In this document: positions 36,126 through 58,645 of the stretch, piece after piece | How positions within the stretch are numbered: the stretch's first letter is position 1 | Layout: each line of letters opens with the position of its first letter | Origin: Macrostomum lignano | Lineage: Eukaryota | Reading direction: 5' to 3' | NCBI GenBank assembly: GCA_002269645.1 | Contig: NIVC01001458.1 | Span: 222,146-286,145 of the forward strand | DNA length: 64,000 nt | Position numbers and translations under genes: made by a program | Notes under the pieces: generated by a model | What the model was told of the DNA's origin: nothing | What the model saw: only the letters and a program-made list of their open reading frames with translations | Database searches by the model: none

Positions 36126-38826
36126 TGGCTTGGCTTGTCTACATTTGAGTAGAGCCATGAAAATGATAAGAAAAGTAATCAAGTTAAATTGTTCTTGAAT
36201 ATTAACTTTATCTTCATAAGATCAATATTGACCTCATGTAAAATAATTGCAATTTGTTTCAATAATGTTTTAATCCAATAAATATAAGCTACAGGACAAT
36301 TAAATGCATGAGTATAAATATAAATAAACTTCTAATCAATTTTCCTATATTTTATATAGGTATAAATAAGTATATTATTTAATAATACCTAATGCTTTAA
36401 TATTAATGACTTTATATTTAAAAATATATATTTTACATTTAAAAAGTATCTTTTTTTAAATTCCTAAAAAATATAATTCAAAATACATCTTTCAATATTG
36501 AATATATATCTTAAAGCATTTAAACTAAGGCTTAGTAAATTGCTGCTAAAAACAGAATTGTGAAATAAAAAAATATAAGTAGAGTTAGACTTAAAGATTT
36601 ATAGCTTTGGCCTTTTTAAACTTTAGGTACATATAAATATATGTCAATGCCAAGTAGATGTATGCTAATGCTAAGCAGATGTATACCAATGCCAAAAACA
36701 ATTGTTTAAAGTAATTGATAAAGCATAGCTACTAAAAACAAATAATTTAATGTTTTTAAAAATAAATAAATAAAATATATTTATTTCTAAAAATGATAAC
36801 ACCTAAGTCCTAAGTCCTAATTAATTGTTAAACTATTATTTAACATTGTCATAAAATAACAATAATGTAGATCTAAAAAATCATAAATGATCATATATGC
36901 CATGCATATATACTGGTATAAGACCAAGATACCCACATACTAAGATGGCCACAACATTAAATATCTATTATATCTACTCTTTTTACCATTAATTTGCAAC
37001 TTAAATAGAGCTCTATTGTTTGGTAGATTTAATTATTATGTTTATAATCGATCATATTAATAAATACTGATGCAATAATAGATTTGAAACTAATTTAAAT
37101 ACCTTTACCTATTCTAGGCTATATTACAAAAACTAATCTTTTTTAGTGTTGTTGCCAATTTATTCCCTATCTTACATTTATCAAATTTATCACTATCAGT
37201 TTATCAAGAAATCATTGCTAGTGGTAATGTTATGCAAAAATTGTAATAAATATGCAACAGGGTATCTATTTTGTGCTAGCCTACTTGCTTTATTTAGTGG
37301 ATAAATAGGCCTTTCTATCTATACTATAGACTAGGCTAGGCCTACAATAAAACCTAAAGCCAAAAGGAATATTTATAATTCCTTTGTAGCTTCTATCTCC
37401 ATAAGACTTGAAGATCTAAATCTAATACAAATTATTACCAATAGAAAATAAATGAAATATACAGAAAGCCAACCAAGCCATGTTCATTAGGCCCTTAAGC
37501 CTTGCCTTTAGGCTTTTCATTTTTAACAAGTCGCTACAAGCATATGACAAAAAAAAGTTACTATTCACCGACAGGTTTGCTTTAATCAAATTCACACTTA
37601 TAGTTAATACTCATTTTTAGGATATAGGATCTTTTCATACTTTCAGTTTTTGATTATGTGAACTGAAGCCAATAATTTTCAGTTCATTCAGATTCAGTCA
37701 GTCTGTAACACTTTTCTATGAAAAAGTTTTTTTAAGCGGCTGCTTTTATCATTTAAAAATATTAACAAGTATAGTTAGCGTTCTTGCTTTATGCGAGTAG
37801 AATCCTTGCACTTAAAAATTCGCATAAACGGAGTAGTTCTGTATATTTTATAAATATACAAAGCAAATAATTAGCATCAATAATAAATTCTACGGTTTTC
37901 TTTATTGTAATTAAATGAGCACACGCTCTGCTATCGATAGTTGTACAAATAGCAGCAAAAATGCTACGAGCAGGCTAAAGGGAGATTTGTAGGCTCGCAC
38001 CATCTGTTGTAGAGTTACGGATGTTCGTAAGGAGTTCGGAAAATTTTATATTGAAGAATCATAAAATTAGAGAAAAATGGATTATGTAGACGTTAGTTAA
38101 CTTGTAGTTCTAACTTAAACAGAAACTGGTGACGGATGCGAAAAGGCTGATCATTAGTAGTGACACGTCAAACGAGAATTCTTTACAAATTTAAGAATGT
38201 GGTGACAACACCATCAATTTTCTGGCTGCAGCAACACTCGGTATTAACTATTAACCAACTTAACAATTCACAAATATGTTGCTTGAATTTCACTGACTTG
38301 GAAACAAGAATCTATAAAGTTAAATAGGACAGAGTGCAGTGGTTCAGTGGAAGTTTTGCTTTTTCTTAGATTTTAAAGCCTCTTCAAGGCACTGTAAATA
38401 CTCGTATACTTTCACACTACATGTAATTTCTGTAATAATACTCCCTTTAGTATAAATGTAAGGGTACATACATGTAGATCTATTAAAAAATTATTTAAGG
38501 CAACATTTGTCTTAGCACTCATTTGTGAACTCTGAATGAATCATATACGTACATGCACAGTCCGTCAGAACCAAAATATCAAAATGCATATCAATCAGGT
38601 AATTTTTCAATCCATTATATATTGTTATTATTTAACTACAAAATGGAACAGTAATATAATAAAGCTTTTCTAATACATAGAAAAGCTTTATTTAGAGCAA
38701 AAGTCAATCGATATGGTATGCACTTGTATGCAATTATTATCATAGCGAAAAGCGAACAAATAGAGTGCGCTGAAAAATGTCCAGCAGAGTAAAGGCTAGC
38801 GATGATTAATATAAAATATTTGTCCC

Positions 38827-38832
38827 TTTATT
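38827..38832 (-). terminator. Candidate polyadenylation signal AATAAA for Rab24
   Basis: About 205 nt downstream of the Rab24 stop on the minus strand. Confidence 0.4.
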
Positions 38833-39037
38833 GGACTGGAAGTTAAACGTTAAAGAGTACAATTGGATAATATAATACAAAATCGAAGCAAATACTGGAT
38901 AAAAAATATGCTTAAATGGAAAGCTAGACTCTCAGACTTAGACGTGAAGCTTAGGCTGTATACAATATATATATATTGTTACTTTGGAATTTTTGGTGTT
39001 TTTGTTTCGGCAAATCCTTCAGTCTCGCTAGTCTCGC

Positions 39038-42000
39038 TTAGCCAAGACAGTAGCAGCGGCCGCGACTGCTCCCGGGATCATTGGCGGTGCTCACCCCGGC
39101 AGCAGACGATGGTGCACCTTGACCTCCGCTGCCCAAAGCGAACGCCTGCTGTTGCGACAGCTGATTGTTCGCTCCGGCGCCGCCTTTGATAAAATCTTCG
39201 GCTACGCGTCGAAACAGAATGTCTACGTTTTCGCCCGTTTTGCTGGACGTCTCAATTGACAGGGCGCCAACGCCTGGGTGACAAGGGTGAGCGAGCTGCG
39301 TGCTAAGCTGCAGGATGTCATGGGGCAGTTTTCTAGGAACAAGTGGTCAAACACTTTCCAGGATAAGCTCGGGACGATTCTCTATCGGGCTGGGGTGGAT
39401 TCTCTATCGGGCTGGGGTGGATTCTCTATCGGGTTGGGGTGGATTCTCTATCGGGTTGGGGTGGATTCTCTATCGGGCTGGGGTGGATTCTCTATCTGGC
39501 TGGGGTGGATTCTCTATCGGGTTGGGGTGGATTCTCTATCGGGTTGCGGTGGATTCTTTATCGGGTTGGGGTGGATTCTCTATCGGGTTGGGGTGGATTC
39601 TCTATCGGGTTGGGGTGGATTCTCTATCTGGCTGGGGTGGATTCTCTATCGGGTTGGGGTGGATTCTCTATCGGGTTGCGGTGGATTCTTTATCGGGTTG
39701 GGGTGGATTCTCTATCGGGTTGGGGTGGATTCTCTATCGGGTTGGGGTGGATTCTCTATCGGGCTGGGGTGGATTCTCTATCTGGCTGGGGTGGATTCTC
39801 TATCGGGTTGGGGTGGATTCTCTATCGGGCTGGGGTGGATTCTCTATCGGGCTGGGGTGGATTCTCTATCTGGCTGGGGTGGATTCTCTATCGGGTTGGG
39901 GTGGATTCTCTATCGGGCTGGGGTGGATTCTCTATCTGGCTGGGGTGGATTCTCTATCGGGTTGGGGTGGATTTTCTATCGGGTTGGGAGGATTCTCTAT
40001 CGGGTTGGGGTGGATTCTCTATCGGGCTGGGGTGGATTCTCTATCTGGCTGGGGTGGATTCTCTATCGGGTTGGGGTGGATTCTCTATCGGGTTGGGGTG
40101 GATTCTCTATCGGGTTGGGGTGGATTCTCTATCGGGTTGGGGTGGATTCTCTATCGGGCTGGGGTGGATTCTCTATCGGGTTGGGGTGGATTCTCTATCG
40201 GGCTGGGGTGGATTCTCTATCTGGCTGGGGTGGATTCTCTATCGGGTTGGGGTGGATTTTCTATCGGGTTGGGAGGATTCTCTATCGGGTTGGGGTGGAT
40301 TCTCTATCGGGCTGGGGTGGATTCTCTATCTGGCTGGGGTGATTCTCTATCGGGTTGGGTGGATTCTCTATCGGGTTGGGGTAGATTTTCTATCGGGCTG
40401 GGGTGGATTCTCTATCTGGCTGGGGTGGATTCTCTATCGGGTTGGGGTGGATTCTCTATCGGGCTGGGGTGGATTCTCTATCGGGTTGGGGTGGATTCTC
40501 TATCGGGTTGCGGTGGATTCTTTATCGGGTTGGGGTGGATTCTCTATCGGGTTGGGGTGGATTCTCTATCGGGTTGGGGTGGATTCTCTATCGGGCTGGG
40601 GTGGATTCTCTATCTGGCTGGGGTGGATTCTCTATCGGGTTGGGGTGGATTCTCTATCGGGCTGGGAGGATTCTCTATCGGGTTGGGGTGGATTCTCTAT
40701 CGGGATGGGGTGGATTCTCTATCTGGCTGGGGTGGATTCTCTATCGGGTTGGGTGGATTCTCTATTGGGTTGGGGTGGATTCTCTATCGGGCTGGGGTGG
40801 ATTCTCTATCGGGTTGGGGTGGATTCTCTATCGGGTTGGGGTGTATTCTCTATCCAACGGAATGACGCAAACAGAACAAAGAGTAAATAAAGACACACTG
40901 ACTCACTCTTAGCAAACTCGGCGGCCTCAGCCTCGCCAACTTGCCGCAGAGGCGGATCAGCCGTTACTAAGTCGCGTTTGCAGCCGCACAGGTAAATTCT
41001 GCACCGATCTTCTTCGTATTTGCGCAGCTCTTTAGTCCAGAACCTGGCCCGCTCGAGACTGCCGGCGTCCGTCACCTCGTAGCAGACGATGGCAGCGCCT
41101 GAGCCGCTGATACAGGATGCAAGACAGGATATTCAGGCTTTGCTATAGCTAAGAGGGAAGCTTTCAGGGATTAAAGAGAATTCCGTGATCTAGAAGAGAA
41201 TTACTACCTTAATCAATGATAAAATTCTCCATGATTATAGTGAGAAATACTACTCACCTGATCAGGGGAACTTTAACATCCTGGATCAGAGAATTGCATA
41301 CTTAATCAAAGGGAATCTTCCCAATGATTGGGGGGGGGAGAATTACTCGGCAGATCAGGGGGAATCTTACTAATGATTGAGAGGAAAATTACTCGGCAGA
41401 TCAGGGGGAATCTTACTAATGATTGAGAGGAGAATTACTCGGCAGATCAGGGGGAATCTTCCTAATGATTGAGAGGAGAATTACTCGGCAGATCAGGGGG
41501 AATCTTCCCAATGATTGAGGGGAGAATTACTCGGCAGATCAGGGGGAATCTTCCCAATGATTGAGGGGAGAATTACTCGGCAGATCAGGGGGAATCTTCC
41601 CAATGATTGAGAGGAGAATTACTCGCCAGCTCTGGGGGAATCTTCCCAATGATTGAGAGGAGAATTACTCGCCAGATAAGGGGGAATCTTCCTAATGATT
41701 GAGGGGAGAATTACTCGCCAGATTATGGGGAATCTTCCCAATGATTGCTGGCCAGGGAGAACTACTCACCTGATTTGGGTGAATATTTTTTAATGACTGA
41801 AAGGAGAATTACTGGCTTGATCAAGAGGAAAGTTCTTCCTAATTGATGCCTTTTCACATATCGACAACGGCAATACATTTATAAGCTACTAATAGATAAG
41901 CTAAAACAAATTGCCTTGACAACAAACGCACCGGTAATAAATTCTCGCCATAGACTCGTAGCGCTCGGAGCCGGCAGTGTCCCACACGCCTAGTACTACT

Positions 42001-42185
42001 TCGCGATCTCGGCCACTATCCCGACACCGGACGGCCCTTGAACCGTAGGCGGCCCCAATAGTGCTCTGATAGGCGCTGCCAGTTAAAAATCTATCGTGCA
42101 GAAATCGTTCAACTAGCGCCGTTTTGCCGACGTACTCCTTGCCTAGTAGTACAACTTTTAAATCGACGCGCGTATTGCCCGTCAT
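39038..42185 (-). CDS. RAB24: Rab24 small GTPase, about 229 aa; exons 42185-41932, 41106-40907, 39273-39038
   Basis: GKEYVGKT P-loop, [18 protein letters not shown] (Ser at the catalytic Gln position, diagnostic of Rab24), AAIVCY...FWTKEL...[21 protein letters not shown]-terminal CYCLG; junction phases consistent. Confidence 0.95.
39368..40855. repeat. 22-bp minisatellite GGGTTGGGGTGGATTCTCTATC (Rab24 intron 2)
   Basis: About 67 units. Confidence 0.97.
41325..41760. repeat. 46-bp minisatellite (Rab24 intron 1)
   Basis: ggagaattactcggcagatcagggggaatcttcccaatgattgaga, about 9 units. Confidence 0.92.
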
Positions 42186-42361
42186 TCTGGTGCAAACTAT
42201 ACTACTTAAACCAGTGGCAGTGATAGTTTCTGCAGTGCAAGAATTATTTAGACCTTTGCTAGACTTTTTAGATAAATATTAGGATAAAAAACTAATTCGA
42301 TATAACTTAAACACCGTTTTTGTTAAGCGGTTGATGCAATTCATAGTCCCTCATCAGTGAG

Positions 42362-42850
42362 TCAAGCTACCGCTAAGTAGGTGAAGCTACCGCAAAGTGG
42401 GTGAAGCTACCCCAAAGTGGGTGAAGCTACCTCAAAGTGGATGAAGCTACCCTAAAGTGGATGAAGCTACCGCAAAGTGAGTGAAGCTACCCCAAAGTGG
42501 GTGAAGCTACCCCAAAGTGAGTGAAGCTACCGCAAAGTGGGTGAAGCTACCGCAAAGTAGGTGAAGCTACCGCAAAGTGGATGAAGCTACCGCAAAGTGG
42601 GTGAAGCTACCCCAAAGTGAGTGAAGCTACCCCAAAGTGGGTGAAGCTACCTCAAAGTGGATGAAGCTACCCTAAAGTGGATGAAGCTACCGCAAAGTGA
42701 GTGAAGCTACCCCAAAGTGGGTGAAGCTACCGCAAAGTGGGTGAAGCTACCGCAAAGTGGGTGAAGCTACCGCAAAGTGGGTGAAGCTACCGCAAAGTGA
42801 GTGAAGCTACCCCAAAGTGGGTGAAGCTACCGCAAAGTGGGTGAAGCTAC
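42362..42850. repeat. 20-bp minisatellite GTGAAGCTACCGCAAAGTGG upstream of the Rab24 ATG
   Basis: About 24 units. Confidence 0.95.
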
Positions 42851-43239
42851 GAGCGTACCACTAGTCCCTCAAACAGGCCTTATGGTCGAAAGAAGCAACA
42901 GAAAAGCGTACCGATTACTATAAGAGATAGTAGATTTACTACCATAATGAACAAACCTTCCCTTTTCTATATTTCATTACACAAGTATATGTTATATAGT
43001 ACTAATATTTTCACAGGCAAACGTACCGCCTATATGTTACTAGAAGGTGCAACTGGATTCTCTATTATTTTGCTTTAAAACTACATCGAGCGGGACAGAG
43101 CAACTAAAGCATGAATGGAGGGGGTGGGTTGCAGATAACTGAAAGCTAGACAGGAGCAGATGGACTACAACTCAAACTGCTATTAACTAACATTGTCTTT
43201 TATCAGTTAACGAGTTTGCGGCTTTTAAAACACTGCGAA

Positions 43240-51812
<8,573 letters not shown>

Positions 51813-53294
51813 TGCCGCAATATTAGCTATGCACTGATTGACCTTTTGTTAACTAATTATTTAGATAATAACAGAAATCCTTCAAAGTTGATTGATTCCA
51901 CAGTCGGCCCAGGTGGCTGGCCATGCATTAAAATAGAAGTTCAACAATGAATGGCCAACAGCCCAGGTTTATGTTTAATGGCATGTAATTAAAGTTCCAT
52001 ATTTTTTTAATTCTTATTTTATTAAAAGATGTCTGTAGATTTGAGAGGCTCAGCAATGTAAAGGGTAGTGTAGAGATGCTGGTACTTAATTTTTTCATTT
52101 TAGCATCAAAATTTTGTGCTTTTGTTTTTAAAACGAAAACTGCTTGTGGCTTTGTATAAAATTCACTGACATGTCAATTATTGCTTTATTCCAGATAAAT
52201 ATTCTGATTGACCCTTTGTTGCCATCATCACTTCATTTGTAAATGCAGATGAATATGCAACTATAAGGTGAAGGCTTTTTGCTGGGTCATGCAGCCCCTC
52301 TTCTTATATTTTAAAGCTGCTTGCAGTATAAGTTTTAATCACTATGACAACTAATATAATCATATTATTAATCTTATTTCATGATTTCATTTGTCATGTC
52401 AAATCATATATAGAGATAGACCATTTGTCATAGATTTGCAACATTCTGGATCTGTCTAGTGTTCAATAATTGTCTTTTTAATCAAAAAAAATTTTAACCT
52501 ATGATAATAGAAGATGATTAACATTGACAAAAATAATTTTAACACTATAAAATGCCTTAAAACAATTTTAAGGCATTTCTTTAAATAGAAAAACAATTTC
52601 AAGATTGTCTAGATTGTATGGGATTCATAGCTTCAAAGCTTTAAATAACAGCTTTAAGTGAAAAATGGATTTAAAATATTAATAAATGATATGTTATATA
52701 ATCAAAGAGATGGAGGTATCCATTAACAGTTTGAAACAGTTGAAATCTAAAAAAATCTTCATATTGTATGCTTAGGCCTAAATCTTATCAATAGACAAAA
52801 ATATGGCAAATGAAATGACCACAACTTTTCAAATGAATTGAATAAGCTTAAAGGATAATTTATCTTTTTGGCAAAAAATGAATTTAAAGCTAGAGTCAAA
52901 TCTGTAGAAAGCAGAGATTGTATAGTCAGTAGGCCTAGATACAGTGTAGTTGAGACAATAGGCCATACTTGTATGTCATATTTGTAAATCTATATTTTAT
53001 CTTATTTATCTCTAGGTCTCTAAGACTAAGACTGAATATGACAGATTCTGACTCTAGCAATTTATCAATTTACTAAGAACTAGGCGATGGCTAGTCAATT
53101 AAATTAACTATAGATGAGTGCAACCTTGCTCAATGCAATTTTGGGACTTTTGTAAAGAGCTTAAAGGTTCAGAGAATGATGGCCATAATGCCATGGGTGA
53201 CCAAGTAGACAACACACTCTACTAGAACCTGATTCCTGGTGCAAAAGCCACTGCCACTTCATGGCTTGCAGCTAATAACTAGGGATACACTCTA

Positions 53295-53530
53295 AAAGCC
53301 AATCAGCATGGTATTGATTATGTCGCATGGCAATGCCACTATTGAAAATGGATTTTCCATGAATAAAGACATGCTAGTGTCTAACCTACAGGATTACTAG
53401 ATGTCCCTATACTAAGTCTAAGATGCCATAATAGTACCTGATGGCTACAAGAACATCTTACTTTCCAAGAATATTCTATCAAGTGTGAGAATGGCCAGAT
53501 AGTACTACTATAATGCCTTGGAAGAAAAGA
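53295..53530 (+). pseudogene. Degraded hAT-like transposase, C-terminal region
   Basis: MVLIMSHGNATIENGFSMNKDMLVSNL...*...*V*DAI...KNILSSVRMAR*YYYNALEEK; S-HG-x-A-x-x-E-x-GFS motif of hAT-type transposases, from memory. Confidence 0.65.
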
Positions 53531-54455
53531 CAACAGTCACTATATCCTTGAAGAAAAAAGCAACTAATAAGATTTTTTTGCATTGAACAAGAGCTCAAAC
53601 TCTATCAATGTCAATACCTGTTGTTCACATCAGCAGTGAACCAATGGCACTGCTTGCTTTGATAGCAATTGACAATGCTATATCAAATGAAACACTAAAT
53701 AGATTAGAGTGAAAAAATGATAACTATATACCATATACTGTTTTATCTAACCATTAGTAACAATACTAGGCTTATAGCTGATACAACAGATGCTGATATT
53801 ATAAATGCAAAGAATATAGTGGAGCTTCTGCAATATGGACATATAAAGCTCTTCCAAAGGCAATGATTTCATCTTTTATTGCAAGCCATGTCTACTTAAA
53901 AATGTAGAGTGCTAGTCTGGTGAAGTAACACATTTTGGCCCTAAAAGCTCCTATCCAGATTGAATGTATTTTAACCAATGAATGCAAAAACTAAGGACAT
54001 AACTCTAACCAATAAAAAGTAGCTATGTACCATCCAATGCGATCAAGACTAAAAAGTACTATAAAAGCCCATATCAGACAAGCAAGAAGCTTGCCTCCTT
54101 TTTTTGCCTCCCTTTTTGCGCCTCTTTTCCACCTCTCTTTGCCTCTTTTCTGCCTTTTTTTGCCTCTCCCTTTTCCCCTTCCTTCTTTTAGCTTTTGTTA
54201 GCTATCTAAGAATTACTTCTGATTGAAACAGTTAAGGTCTCAACTCAAATACCAAAAATGATAAATTTTTTTCATCATCAGGAAAAGTCAGTTGAATCCG
54301 CCACCTCAGTTATTTGGCTCTCACATTGATATTTGAAGTAGACATAGAGCCATAGAAGTGAGACCAGACAAATAAATAAACAACACAGCATATTTAAAAT
54401 ATTTCACTGGTAGGCTGCCAAGCAACTAATCTATTATGAAGACACAATTCTATCA

Positions 54456-55012
54456 ATGGCATATGCAAAGGGCAGGGCAAGGTGGCCACAGCCTATCCTT
54501 ATCATCTGGGATGCTGCATATTTCATCAATCTTGCTATTACCAATATGCAAGATAGACCAAATAGGCATGTGATAGTCTGCTTTATAAAGTGGGCCAATA
54601 AATTTGCCCATCTTTTAGGACCTAGGCATGGCTTTGCTATTATATAAGTAGGTCACACTAATTCCAATTGAAGGAATAATGAAAATGTATAAATAAGTGT
54701 CACAATATAAGTTCCAAAATGCAATGTTATTAATGCTATTTATATACTACAGGTAAGGATTCAACTGCATATGCTATCCCTACCTTTCTGATGCAGAGGT
54801 TCTTAAGCTTCTCAATAAGATAGTTACAAATGCCTATGGCCAGCTGCATAATGCATTTTGTAAAAAAATCTAAAACTATAGAGTCAGCAAGACATTTCAA
54901 TATGAAATATTTGGCAAGTGACTTTGTCATAGAGCTCTTATGTTTGCAAGAACTTCTGGTACCTATCAAGGCATTTATGAATATAGTTCAATATTCCCAA
55001 CTTCCTTATTAG
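54456..55012 (+). pseudogene. Degraded hAT-like transposase, catalytic core fragment
   Basis: IIWDAAYFINLAI...FIKWANKF...G, PTFLMQRFLS, MKYLASDFVIELL.LQELLVPIKAFM..VQ; resembles invertebrate hAT-like DDE core. Confidence 0.5.
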
Positions 55013-56044
55013 GTCTACATCAATTCCACCCTTTGTTAGACTGTAGCCAATTTTCATTGCATGCGAGGCAACCATATGCAGGTTGGTTTAAAGGTTAAAT
55101 ACATTAAAGTTTTTCACTAGTTTTTGGCTAGCTATATAATGAGTATAAAATAATAAAATAATAAACTGTCATTTCATTTTCTAAAACTTGTAGTGGACAC
55201 TTATGGGACACCCAAAATCTCAAAAATGTAAAAAAACAGCAGAAAGTTACCTGTATGGTTGATGCAATCACAATTTACTCAATCTCCCCACCCTGAAACC
55301 TCCCATTCCCCATGCCCCAGTGGTTGGCTTTAAGCTACGACCCCCCGCCCCCTATTAGGATTGGAATAAATCAACATAACCTTCAATAGGTCTCTATGCC
55401 TCTATTGAAGTTTATGTTGATAAAATCAATCCTCATGAAAAATCTCCCCACCCTAAACCCCCCCCTATTCCCTATGCCCAGTGGTTGGCTTTAAGCTACA
55501 TATAATTGGGTTAAAGCTACCAAAAAATAGAGCTCAAATTTGAAATCAGCACCATCAAGTCCCTTTAGAGACGGAATTATGATCCTATCAAAATTGCAAC
55601 TATTTTATCAACATAGTGCCTAGTGTTGGCACTCCTTTCACTTCTTAAATCTTAACCTTAAACTTTTTCTTCGAAAATTGAAATGTACTATCTTTTGTTA
55701 TGGAAACTATTAAAATGCTAGTACCAATTTTCAAATAGCTTTATATACCACTTTTTATATGCTATATATTTTTTTGATTCAATCAAACATGCTAAATATA
55801 TATGCCAATGAACTATGAAAGGCTAATGCATGCTAGTAAATTTAGGCACATAAGATACTTTCTTGATTATAATATGGGCAGCACCAGTTGATCAACACAG
55901 AACTGTTAGTGTTTTTTGTAATTGGCTAACCATTTTACTAAGAACTACTAGGGCCTATAATGTTATAACTGTTAAAGCTAAACTAAACTTTGAATATTCT
56001 AAACCATGCCTAATTTTAAACTTTTGTATCAAAATTTTATTATG

Positions 56045-56646
56045 GAAGTGCTTATCCCCATGGTCCCCTGCCAATAATTCCAATTTTATCCTTGTCAATA
56101 ATTTCCAGCTTATCCCTATAACAGCTTATTGAAATAGCTGCCACCATTCAAGTCTATAGGCTGTGTCAATAATTACAATTTTATCCACACGGATCCATGT
56201 CAATATTTTCAGTTTATCCCCATGGCTAAGATTGTGTAGTTGTTTGTGTTTAGTTTTGTGTACTGACATTAAATCAATATTGTCATTATTATTAGTATTA
56301 TTATCATTATTATTATATTTTGAATTTTGAATTTGGCAAGTCTCATTCACCTTGATCTTTAGGTTGTTTGGTCATTTTAAACAAAGCTGGCAGCTAAGCA
56401 AATTTAAAATTAACCCTTTAATGACAAAATGTGTTAACAAACTACTCAATACTATTCAATATTCAGTACATAAACTTTATTTAGAAGATTTATAAAACAG
56501 TGAAAACAAAAAGACAGTTTTGAACAGATTCATTTTAAGGTTCTTTATTTCAATAAGCTGTTGTAGGGTGAGCTAGAAATTATTGACACAGATCCATATG
56601 GATAAAATTGGAATAATCAGCATGGGACCCTGGGGATAGGCGCTTC
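56045..56646. mobile_element. Old MITE-like element with about 90-bp diverged inverted arms
   Basis: 56045-56137 is the inverted counterpart of 56543-56646; TSD not clear. Confidence 0.6.
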
Positions 56647-56812
56647 TTTTTAATATAGGCCTACCTAATTATTGACCTTGCATATTTTTTGTCTATTTGA
56701 TTTTGCATTTGCACTAAATATGTTCTATGCTTTTGTTTTTAATATGCTCTATTTTACCTATGGCTATGCTAAATATGCTAGTATGCTTTTTGTATTCTAT
56801 AATTTTTTTCTT

Positions 56813-57960
56813 ATAGTTTGCTTTCTTATAAAATTCATATCAGAGAAAAAAATTGGCCTTGTCAAAGTGGTTATAATTTCTTAAAAAGCCTAGTAACACT
56901 AGTTTGTAATTCACACAAAAATTAGGCCCCTATGTATTACTTTCCAAAGTATTTTTAATACATTATCATTCATCTTTGTTGTCATTTTATAGTAAGAAAT
57001 TCTAAGTGTTTAGAAGGCTTTGCTCATATAAATAATTTATAGGCCTAGGCTACCACATGTTATTTTATAATATAAGTTATTCTCCACATTATTCCATACA
57101 TTATTCCATATAATAGGCCTATCTATTATCCATATGGAACAATATATAGTCATAGAACTTGTGGAATAACTAGGCCTAGCAGAATGTGTGGAATAATATA
57201 GGGAATAGGCCTAACATGTATAATAATATGTGGTATATGTTATATGATCATATTCATTATTTACTCAAGGAGGGGAACTGGGAAAAAAGACACTAAGAAT
57301 AAGTTATAAGAGTAAGGCCTAGTGCTATAACCTTTTAAGTCTAACTTAATTAGTCTAATCTTAGACTTAGTAATGCCTAGATTGGAAAATAATATATATA
57401 CCAATAAGACCACATAAGCATACTAGAATTAGACTAAGATACTATTAGAGTTAGACTAAAATGCTACCAGAACTATACTAAGATAGGCCTACTATGCTAC
57501 CAGACCAAAAAGATACTGAGACTTATGGCTATGCAAAGATAAAATAGAGTGCAATAATAGGGATTAAAATAGAAGGCCTAGAGAAATCAGATCTAGTACA
57601 AATACAACTTTGGTAGCAACAGTGAATTTTTTAGAAGACAGTAGAAAAGCACTATGACAACTTTGCTAGCTTAACAGAGGGATAGGCCTAGGCCCTATTT
57701 ATAAAGACAGAAGCGAGAATGGTCCATGCTTACTTTAGTCTTTATCTCTAACTGGTCTAATTTCAGTATAGTACAAAAAATTCATAACTTTGTCAATAGG
57801 CCTACTAAAAAAACTAAAATTTTACATAGAAGCATAGTTTCTTGCCCCGCATGTTTTTAATAAATTTTATGAATTTACTAGGCTTTTTAAGAAATTATAA
57901 CCACTTTGACAAGGCCAACTTTTCTCCTCTGATATGAATTTCATAAGAAAGCAAACTATA
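56813..57960. mobile_element. MITE-like element with about 85-bp TIRs, possible TA TSD
   Basis: tatagtttgctttcttat...aaaagcctagtaa is inverted at 57875-57960. Confidence 0.7.
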
Positions 57961-58645
57961 ATATAATGAAAAAATTAAAATCTAGCAAAAACAGTTTTTC
58001 GTCGAATTTTCTAGCCAATAAGCCAACCAAAGTAGCAAAAGAAAATAAATATATTTAAGTAGCATTGGCTTTTTTTAGAAAATATTTATTTAACAAAATT
58101 TACTAGAAAAAGTATGATTTTAGAATTAGGGCCTAACTTGGCTGTCTCAACTTTGTCACCTAGAAGTAAACAAGCTTGCAGGGTGTAGTAAAATCTGAAG
58201 TTTTTAAATCACACAGAAGTGTCAACTTATGCAAATGAATGAAAGGGTGCGTTCGAGTAGTAGCCAAGGCCCAAGGGCAGGCCAACCTAGAGCCTCTTCA
58301 CGGCTATCGATTCTCGAAGCAGAATCGGTTCGGATTTCCAAGAAAAAAAGCAGTATAACTATTTAACTTTGTTGAATGTTTGACTGCTCTAACAGCCTCA
58401 CTTTGCACAATTTTTCACTTTCTTCTTGGCTATTGCCATTCAATAATCACAATTTTAAAGCACTAATATCCCTCTAGTTTAGGAGACTAAAAGTTATACT
58501 TTACAAATTGCTTCTGGTTCTCGAACCATAACAAGCAATATGAAGAGCCTCCTAAATTAGGACGGGAAACCTCGTTTCTTAAAAAATTTTAGAAGGCAGG
58601 TTTTCCTGCCTCCTATCAGCAGGTTTTCCTGAAACTGCCTCCTAT

